Origin: an uncultured Pseudomonadota bacterium
GTDB lineage: Bacteria > Pseudomonadota > Alphaproteobacteria > Rs-D84
DNA length: 50,013 nucleotides
Assembly (NCBI GenBank): GCA_902787665.1
Contig: CADAHF010000003.1
Coordinates: forward strand, 1 to 50,013
Direction of reading: 5' to 3'
The stretch's first letter is position 1, and each line of letters begins with the position of its first letter. The position numbers and the translations under genes are program-made. This document shows positions 44,364 to 50,013 of this stretch, one piece after another. The notes below the pieces were generated by a model. The model saw nothing but the letters and a program-made list of their open reading frames with translations, was not told where the DNA came from and ran no database searches.

Positions 44364-44393
44364 AACAACCGCCCAAACGGGCGGTTTGTTTTA
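44363..44393. terminator. Bidirectional rho-independent terminator
   Basis: AACCGCCC (44367-44374) / GGGCGGTT (44379-44386), loop AAAC. Confidence 0.7.
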
Positions 44394-44885
44394 TTTTTTT
44401 CCAAAATATTTTTTCAATGTGTCGTATGCAGATGATATCTTCGCAAATTCGGTGGCAGAACCAGAACGATCGGGGTGGTGCTTTTTAGCCAATGCGCGAT
44501 ACCGTGCACCCACATCGCGCCACGACGCACTTATTGGCAAATCGAAAACTTTCAATGCACTCATTACCGGGCCGGGCAGGGTGCTTCTTTTCTGGGGCAT
44601 TTTATCAAATGCGCTGCGCCCAGTTATAAAGTCGTTTAAAAACTGAACATATTCTGCCTCATCTGCGTTCGCCTTTGCTTTATCTTTTAATGGTGAACCA
44701 AATGTTTGTCGTTCCCAATCTTCTTCAATTTCGTCTGCAGACATTCCCGCATAATAATTCCAATTTTTATTATATTCGGCGGCGTGTTCCGGACAGAAAT
44801 ACCAGTATTCACGCAAATCGCGCGTTTTAGGACAACGGCATGTGCCCGCCTTGTTGCATCCATCGTGTTCACATTTTTTTATCAT
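44391..44885 (-). CDS. J-domain protein with N-terminal Cys/His zinc-finger-like region
   Basis: N-terminal 'CEHDGCNKAGTCRCP...YWYFCPEHAAEYN' and a C-terminal J domain with 'KKHHPDR'. Confidence 0.8.
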   Translation of the reverse strand: MIKKCEHDGCNKAGTCRCPKTRDLREYWYFCPEHAAEYNKNWNYYAGMSADEIEEDWERQTFGSPLKDKAKANADEAEYVQFLNDFITGRSAFDKMPQKRSTLPGPVMSALKVFDLPISASWRDVGARYRALAKKHHPDRSGSATEFAKISSAYDTLKKYFGKK

Positions 44886-45748
44886 TTTTTTGCCGCCTTT
44901 ATATGTGCCAATGGATGATGTTGTTCAACCGTTTCACGCAATTTTTCTGGCATAACATGCGTATAGATTTGAGTCGTTGAAATGTCTTCATGTCCCAACA
45001 TTGTTTGTATCGCGCGCAGGTTTGCGCCCCCAGCCAGTAAGTGTGATGCAAATGAATGACGCAAGACGTGTGGACTAACGCGTTTCGGTTCAATGCCGGA
45101 TAACACAGCACACTTTTTTAAAATCTTGAAAAAGCCATCGCGTGTAATATGGCCCGATTTGCCGTTCGATGGAAACACATATTTGGAATCTATGTCCCCA
45201 CGCATATCCAGCCATTTATTTAATGCATGAACGGCGCCAGGATGCATTGGAACCATGCGTTCCTTGGCACCCTTGCCATGAATTAATAATTTGTCACCCA
45301 GATTTGCTGTCATTGGTAATTCACACAATTCCGACACGCGCAATCCAGATGCATATACCAATTCCAGCATTGCACGCAGACGCGTTGCGTTTCGTGTGTC
45401 GCCCGCCGATGATATTAACAATTCTATTTCTTCGACAGTTAAATATTTCGGCAGGGCGCGTTTGCGTTTCGGTAATTCCAAATTTGCAGTTGGGTTTTCT
45501 TTAATTATTTTTTCAAGCATTAAAAATTTATAAAACCCACGCAGCGCACTGGCATGGCGGGCAATAGACGATGCCTTGTCTGGTAAAGATGCAAGATATT
45601 TTTGAATTGCTTTTTCGTCTGCGTCCATTAAACCGCCCGGTATGGTTTCGTCTGCGTGATGTAAATCAGACGAATACGCATCAAGGGTTTTTTCGCTGCG
45701 TCCTTTTTCGGCAGATAAAGCTTCCAAAAATATATCAATGTAATTCAT
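44882..45748 (-). CDS. xerD: Tyrosine recombinase XerD (XerC/D family)
   Basis: 'ATRLRAMLELVYASGLRVSEL', 'HVLRHSFASHLLAGGANLRAIQTMLGHEDISTTQIYTHV'. Confidence 0.85.
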   Translation of the reverse strand: MNYIDIFLEALSAEKGRSEKTLDAYSSDLHHADETIPGGLMDADEKAIQKYLASLPDKASSIARHASALRGFYKFLMLEKIIKENPTANLELPKRKRALPKYLTVEEIELLISSAGDTRNATRLRAMLELVYASGLRVSELCELPMTANLGDKLLIHGKGAKERMVPMHPGAVHALNKWLDMRGDIDSKYVFPSNGKSGHITRDGFFKILKKCAVLSGIEPKRVSPHVLRHSFASHLLAGGANLRAIQTMLGHEDISTTQIYTHVMPEKLRETVEQHHPLAHIKAAKK

Positions 45749-45753
45749 GTTTT

Positions 45754-45885
45754 TTATGACAAGACAACTTCGGTTACATGTTGAATTGGTTCAATGTACA
45801 TAATCATAAGAATTATGATAGTCGCAATAACAAACATTATGCCGAACTTTTTCATCTGTGAATTTTTTCTTTTGCGTAATGGCAT
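45754..45885 (-). CDS. Small membrane protein (43 aa), hypothetical
   Basis: Not in the ORF track. Hand translation: MPLRKRKNSQMKKFGIMFVIATIIILMIMYIEPIQHVTEVVLS. GGGGGA lies 6 nt upstream of the ATG. It fills the gap between the lptF/G-like gene and xerD. Confidence 0.35.
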   Translation of the reverse strand: MPLRKRKNSQMKKFGIMFVIATIIILMIMYIEPIQHVTEVVLS

Positions 45886-45896
45886 GTTGTCCCCCA

Positions 45897-46955
45897 TTAA
45901 ATTGTATCAAAACTTGCGATAAAAGCGCCCGCGCCCGCGATGATAATAAGTGGGGGCGCAATGATTGCTAACGCGGCGGGTAGTGCCCCAGTTGCGCCCA
46001 ACGCATTAAACATATTTATTATAAAGTATGACGCAAAACATGTTATAACACCAATGCTGAACTTGAAACCAAAGTTGAAATTGCGACGCTGTTTTGTTTG
46101 TGAAAACGCGATACCAAGCATTGCCATCGCAATCATAGAAAGAGGCAAGAATAACAATGTCCAAAATTGGACCCAATGGGCACGCACTGGAATACCAACA
46201 GATTCCATTTTTTTTATGAACGATGGTAATTCCCAAAATGAAATTTGATCGGGTTGCAGATACCGGTCCAATACAGTACGTGGTGTTAATTGTGATTTTG
46301 TATGCCATGGTTTTGTAACCTCAGCCCCAGAGCCACCCCAAACGATTGCATTGTCGGTATCCATACCGTTGTCAGATAGTGTTATTCTGTCTGCCTTGAT
46401 ACGTTCTGTTATTTTAAAGTTATTGTTTTGAACAAATACTATTGCATTGTTAAATACCAAATTTGGATCACTGCGCCCAATTGTCTTTGCGCGCATTGTA
46501 ATAAAACCGTTATCATTGTTTTCGCGTAACCATATTGCACCATCGACCAATTTCAAATGGTCGGTTGTTATTTCGCGTGCAGACAAATTAACCGAATAAG
46601 GATTTATCACTGCAGTTGCAAAAATACCAATAAGTCCCGCACCGATTAAAAAAGGAACCGCTTTTTGAAATGGGGACAGACCAGCACCGGATATAATTAT
46701 CCCCTCGCTAGATTTGGTAAGATTGTACGATGCAAACAGTGTTCCCATAAATATTGCCATAGGTAAAAACATTGGCACATATTCCATAAGTCGTGTCCAA
46801 GCATCCATAAATGCCGCAATCGCGTTCGGGTTTGACGGTAAACGTTCTACAAAAGTGACGGCCAAGATAATGCCACATACAATGAATGTGACAAGACCAA
46901 CACCAGAAAAAAATCGGCGTGTCAAGAAACGGAACAAAATTTTGTATCTGAACAT
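45897..46955 (-). CDS. LPS export ABC permease, LptF/LptG (YjgP/YjgQ) family
   Basis: 352 aa. 'YKILFRFLTRRFF' N-terminus, three TM segments, a periplasmic beta-jellyroll region, then three more TM segments. Confidence 0.8.
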   Translation of the reverse strand: MFRYKILFRFLTRRFFSGVGLVTFIVCGIILAVTFVERLPSNPNAIAAFMDAWTRLMEYVPMFLPMAIFMGTLFASYNLTKSSEGIIISGAGLSPFQKAVPFLIGAGLIGIFATAVINPYSVNLSAREITTDHLKLVDGAIWLRENNDNGFITMRAKTIGRSDPNLVFNNAIVFVQNNNFKITERIKADRITLSDNGMDTDNAIVWGGSGAEVTKPWHTKSQLTPRTVLDRYLQPDQISFWELPSFIKKMESVGIPVRAHWVQFWTLLFLPLSMIAMAMLGIAFSQTKQRRNFNFGFKFSIGVITCFASYFIINMFNALGATGALPAALAIIAPPLIIIAGAGAFIASFDTI

Positions 46956-47012
46956 GTTACTGTATTACTTTATCACAATAATATATAAAAGTATAACCTG
47001 TTCATTTGGTAA

Positions 47013-47040
47013 TTGCAAAATTAAAATGTTGTCTTATAAT
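47013..47040 (+). promoter_or_regulatory. Sigma70-type promoter candidate for greA
   Basis: TTGCAA (47013-47018), 16-nt spacer, TATAAT (47035-47040). Confidence 0.5.
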
Positions 47041-47066
47041 TGCGCTGTTATAAGTAAGGAAGAATC

Positions 47067-47537
47067 ATGGAAAAGTATCCAATATCAAGGGCTGGTTTTG
47101 ATGCGCTGGTCAAAGAATTAAAAGACCTGAAGGAAGTGCAAAGACCGGAAATTCTTAAAACTGTGCAATGGGCGCGCAGTTTGGGCGATTTGTCTGAAAA
47201 CGCTGATTACAGCGCGGCCAGGGAAAAGCAACGTCAAATCGACAAGCGGATTCAGTTTATCGAAAATATTATCGCAAACGCATCGGTTGTTGATGTGGAC
47301 AGTTTGTCTGGTGACCGTGTTGTTTTTGGTGCGCGTGTTGTTGCCGAAGACGAAGATGGTAACAGAATGCAGTGTCGTATTTTGTCTGATATTGAAGCAG
47401 ATGGCAAGGTGGTTATATCTTGTACATCACCGGTTGGGCGCGCGATGATTGGACGGTGCGTTGGGGACACTTGTGTTGTAAAGTTGCCGGGTGGCGAAAA
47501 AGAATATGAAATTTTAGAAGTTAAGTTCAAAGAATAA
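47067..47537 (+). CDS. greA: Transcription elongation factor GreA
   Basis: 'GDLSENADYSAAREKQ', C-terminal 'ISCTSPVGRAMIG'. Confidence 0.9.
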   Translation: MEKYPISRAGFDALVKELKDLKEVQRPEILKTVQWARSLGDLSENADYSAAREKQRQIDKRIQFIENIIANASVVDVDSLSGDRVVFGARVVAEDEDGNRMQCRILSDIEADGKVVISCTSPVGRAMIGRCVGDTCVVKLPGGEKEYEILEVKFKE

Positions 47538-47545
47538 GAATATAT

Positions 47546-49294
47546 ATGGTCGTTCGTGTTCTGCCTGATTTTTTGGTAAATCAAATTGCCGCCGGCGAGG
47601 TGGTTGAACGGCCGGCATCTGTGGTCAAGGAATTGGTGGAAAATGCACTTGATGCGGGCGCAGACGAAATTGTCGTTGATATTGTTGATGGTGGCCGAAC
47701 ACTTATATCTGTGATTGATAATGGGTGTGGTATGAATCGCGAAGATCTTTCGCGGGCAATAATGCGTCATGCAACATCAAAATTACCTGATGACAATTTA
47801 CAAAATATTACATATATGGGTTTTCGTGGTGAAGCATTGCCGTCAATCGCATCTGTATCTGATATGACAATCGATACTTATAATGGAACTGATGAAAACG
47901 GTTGGTGCTTGGAATGTAATTCTGGTGAAATAAAACCGTCGGCATGGCAGGGCGGAACCCGTATACGTGTTCAAAATTTGTTTGCAAAAACACCAGCGCG
48001 GTTAAAGTTTTTGCGCGCCGATCGTGCAGAGATGATGTCAATTGTTGATGTTGTAAAACGGCTTGCTATGGCACGCAGGGATGTTGGTTTTACATTAAAT
48101 AATAAATGGCGATTTCCAAAGGACCAAGATTTATTAGAACGTATCGCTGCCGTTATGGGCGATGATGTTGTTGGACAAATGTTGCCGGTTGATACAAAAT
48201 CTGCATCATCAAATATGCATCTTACTGGATATATATCTGTGCCGACATTACGTCGGGCATCATCGGTTGATCAATTTTTATTCGTTAACAATCGGCCTGT
48301 TCAAGATAAAGTGTTGGTTGGTGCTTTGCGTGCCGCATATATGGATGTTATGCATGCGCGTGAATTTCCATTGTGTGCATTGTATTTGAATATTGACCCG
48401 TCTGCAGTTGATGTAAATGTTTCGCCCGCCAAGACCGAAGTACACTTTTTGGAACCAAATCATGTGCGTGCATTTATTATAAAATCATTACGCGATGTTT
48501 TGGCGCAAACTTTGAACGAAAATATTTCGCAAAACATCGTAACCCCGGAAAACGATGCACATACAGGTTTTATGCATTTTAATATTCCAAGTGTTTCACA
48601 ATCACAAAATTGGCATGTTGCAGACAGGCATAATACAACATGGATGGATAAAATCTTTGATAGTAAACCATCAACAGGTGCAAAACCGTTTGAGGTTGAT
48701 TTACAACAAGAAGATGCGCCGACAACAGAATTTCCATTGGGGCGTGCCATTGGACAAATTGGTAAAAAATATATATTGGCACAAAGTGGTGACAATTTAG
48801 TTATTGTTGATCAGCATGCTGCCCATGAACGCATAACATATGAACACCTGCGTAAACACGAAATCAAAACTCAACCATTACTTACACCGATTGTTGTGAA
48901 TTTGCGTGGTGAAGAAGTGATGGCAATTCTGTCGATTGTGGACGAATTAAAACAATCCGGTTTGCATATTGAAGCGTTTGGTGATGATGCGGTTGCGATT
49001 TTTGAAAAACCGGCCGATTGGGATATGGATTGGGGGGCAGTGTTACGTGATATGGCGGACGAGGTTAGGGTAAACGGTCATTCGTCTAATTTAAACGAAA
49101 AACTGCATTTAAAATTGGCTAATTATGCGTGTCACCACAGTGTGCGTGCGGGACAAGTTCTTGATTTAACGCAAATGAACGCACTTTTGCGCGATATCGA
49201 AAACACAACGCGCGGGGGCGAATGTAACCACGGCAGACCCGTATACAAATTTATTCCATTAACTGAAATTGATGGTTGGTTTGAACGGTGCTAG
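47546..49294 (+). CDS. mutL: DNA mismatch repair protein MutL
   Basis: 'LVNQIAAGEVVERPASVVKELVENALDAGA', 'DNGCGM', 'GFRGEALPSIASVS', C-terminal 'CNHGRP'. Confidence 0.95.
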   Translation: MVVRVLPDFLVNQIAAGEVVERPASVVKELVENALDAGADEIVVDIVDGGRTLISVIDNGCGMNREDLSRAIMRHATSKLPDDNLQNITYMGFRGEALPSIASVSDMTIDTYNGTDENGWCLECNSGEIKPSAWQGGTRIRVQNLFAKTPARLKFLRADRAEMMSIVDVVKRLAMARRDVGFTLNNKWRFPKDQDLLERIAAVMGDDVVGQMLPVDTKSASSNMHLTGYISVPTLRRASSVDQFLFVNNRPVQDKVLVGALRAAYMDVMHAREFPLCALYLNIDPSAVDVNVSPAKTEVHFLEPNHVRAFIIKSLRDVLAQTLNENISQNIVTPENDAHTGFMHFNIPSVSQSQNWHVADRHNTTWMDKIFDSKPSTGAKPFEVDLQQEDAPTTEFPLGRAIGQIGKKYILAQSGDNLVIVDQHAAHERITYEHLRKHEIKTQPLLTPIVVNLRGEEVMAILSIVDELKQSGLHIEAFGDDAVAIFEKPADWDMDWGAVLRDMADEVRVNGHSSNLNEKLHLKLANYACHHSVRAGQVLDLTQMNALLRDIENTTRGGECNHGRPVYKFIPLTEIDGWFERC

Positions 49295-49372
49295 ACAGGC
49301 TTTTTTTGTGCTTTACTATTAAGGGAATTTTTACTAATCTGAACAGCATAAATAAAGACAAGGAGAAAAATA

Positions 49373-49660
49373 ATGGAACCAGTAACCATAGACAGTGTTA
49401 ATGCTGCAGCCCAGACGGGCAGTGCGTGGGGTATGATTACCTATTGCGTGGTTGTTTTTGCAATAATTTATTTTCTTATTGTGCGCCCAAGCAAGCGCCG
49501 CATGGCAGAATATCAGAAAATGTTGAATTCGTTAAAGGTTGGAAACCGTGTTTTGGCCGCTGGTATTTATGGGGTGGTTAAAAAAATTGGTGAAACAACG
49601 ATTGATGTAGAAATTGCAAAAGGTGTTGTCGTTGTGGTTGCAAAAAACGCAAAAAGCGAA
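49373..49660 (+). CDS. yajC: Preprotein translocase subunit YajC (3' end has no stop; the frame runs on into foreign-looking sequence)
   Basis: Not in the ORF track because there is no stop before the window end. AAGGAG lies upstream of the ATG at 49373. 'VVVFAIIYFLIVRPSKRRMAEYQKMLNSLKVGNRVLAAGIYGVVKKIGETTIDVEIAKGVVVVV' is the YajC pattern. The end coordinate is approximate. Confidence 0.75.
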
Positions 49661-49666
49661 AAGGCA

Positions 49667-50013
49667 TACTACATTCGCAAGGCGAATTCAACGATCAGAG
49701 CCAATGTGGAAGAGGAACGCGTCCTGTTCGAATATGCGGGGAAGGTGCCCTTTGACGAGCGACCGAACATGAGGGCGTCGGTCTCGGATATCCGCATGTC
49801 TCTGCTGTTGCCGTTCTTGGAATCAGTTGGAAGCGAACTGGCGAAAGATGCCGCCGCGCGGAGCGTTGCCGAGGTGGCACGTGACATGTTGCTCTTGGAG
49901 GGGCCGCCCGAAGACGAACATCCCATCAATGCAGCACTCATGTTCTTCAACGAGCATCCCGAGAAGTTCTTCCGCTATGCGTGGATCGAGGTCGTGGACA
50001 AACCCGATCCGAC
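49667..50013 (+). CDS. Internal fragment of an AlbA_2 / Schlafen-like (divergent AAA, putative DNA-binding) domain protein, GC-rich, partial at both ends
   Basis: In frame with yajC. 'YYIRKANSTIRANVEEERVL...FDERPNMRASVSDIRMSLLLPFLESVGSEL...PINAALMFFNEHPEKFF' resembles the AlbA_2 domain pattern (yiR.GSst..As.eE...L.....sfDe.p...as..DLd...i..fl ... tnaalLlFg..P..ff). The composition differs sharply from the rest of the window. Confidence 0.55.

Noticed and set aside
49669-49950. Minus-strand ORFs of 93 and 61 aa in the GC-rich terminal segment
   Set aside because: High GC content suppresses stops in all frames. The plus-strand frame carries a recognisable AlbA_2-like pattern, so these are shadow ORFs.
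1-50013. CRISPR arrays, rRNA genes, IS transposases, integrases other than xerD, and recognisable multi-gene defence systems
   Set aside because: Scanning by eye found no regularly spaced direct repeats, no rRNA-like conserved blocks and no transposase, integrase or restriction-modification-like translations in the ORF track. The only nuclease-type accessory genes are the small HNH and the DUF559.

Overview
This is an AT-rich, densely coding bacterial chromosomal segment, judged by eye at about one third to 40% G+C. It holds about 55 protein genes, 3 tRNAs and many hairpin terminators. No rRNA, CRISPR array or classical IS/transposase was seen.

The gene content is Gram-negative: Lol, Lpt, AsmA-like and LpoA-like genes. 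An alpha-type AddB, a Zn-finger/J-domain protein and rsmI divergent from an lpoA-like gene fit a streamlined low-GC alphaproteobacterium-like lineage. That lineage call is inference only.

Housekeeping genes recognised from the translations:
- Translation and RNA modification: tlyA, aspS, tsaE, engB, rsmI, typA, serS.
- DNA repair and recombination: uvrB, xthA, addB, recA, xerD, mutL.
- Cell division and envelope: ftsQ, ftsA, lolC/E-lolD, lptF/G.
- Other: trxB, greA, yajC.

Observations most worth a second look:
1. A 435-bp cassette in which a DUF559 endonuclease ORF is bracketed by 46-nt terminal inverted repeats made of hairpins. It is inserted at the terminator and stop codon of tsaE.
2. 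A single 590-aa ORF fusing an FtsA-like division ATPase to a complete ribulose-phosphate 3-epimerase domain, directly after ftsQ.
3. A tightly packed plus-strand operon in which a secretin-like lipoprotein and several exported proteins of unknown function surround lolC/E-lolD.
4. An abrupt switch to GC-rich sequence at about 49.66 kb. It fuses yajC in frame to the middle of an AlbA_2/Schlafen-like domain, so it is either a recombination junction or an assembly chimera.
5. Both tRNA loci carry duplicated or inverted copies of their tRNA 3' ends (att-like scars), and two of the three tRNAs have C instead of U at position 55.
6. A six-gene glycosyltransferase islet between recA and typA contains a partially homogenised tandem GT2 pair.
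7. An AsmA-family gene is split by a 1-nt frameshift at an A5/T5 run.

All functional calls rest on motif recognition in the supplied translations and on hand folding. No database search was possible.
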